64,000 nucleotides of DNA from Trichoplax sp. H2 (Eukaryota): positions 186,001 through 250,000 of the forward strand of contig NOWV01000106.1 in assembly GCA_003344405.1 (NCBI GenBank). Reading direction: 5' to 3'. Positions 63,961-64,000 of this stretch are shown here, in pieces (position 1 is the first letter of the stretch; the number at the start of each line of letters is the position of its first letter). Below the pieces are notes generated by a model. The model saw only the letters and a program-made list of their open reading frames with translations. It had not been told where the DNA came from and did not search any database. The translations under genes and the position numbers were made by a program.

Positions 63961-64000
63961 AATAATAGCCTCTGTGACAGATTTATTGCATTACATCTAT

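Overview
AT-rich, gene-dense eukaryotic genomic DNA with many short GT-AG introns. It is metazoan and, by inference from architecture, most like a placozoan (Trichoplax/Hoilungia). Spliced genes in order: Fos/ATF3-type bZIP (+), ADCK1 (+), a compact neurexin/Caspr-like LamG membrane protein (+), POLR2I/RPB9 (+), RRBP1/kinectin-like ER coiled-coil protein (-), mitochondrial-type valyl-tRNA synthetase (-), a 119-aa coiled-coil gene absent from the ORF track (+), EEF1G (-), ANAPC1 (-), and the 5' part of a type II membrane protein gene (+). Clusters of a TACTG/CAGTA pentamer sit near the 5' ends of most genes. The main unexplained signal is a ~4.6-kb tract with no credible ORF (about 25.75-30.33 kb). 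It is packed with nested 8-12-bp helices, a crossed helix pair and an internal duplication whose stems are conserved, which makes it a candidate large structured non-coding RNA. Smaller structured islands occur at about 4.3-4.9, 31-32.3, 39.3-39.8, 40.3-40.7, 59.1-60.1 and 60.8-61.5 kb. All gene models and base pairings were read by eye; no folding software or database search was run.
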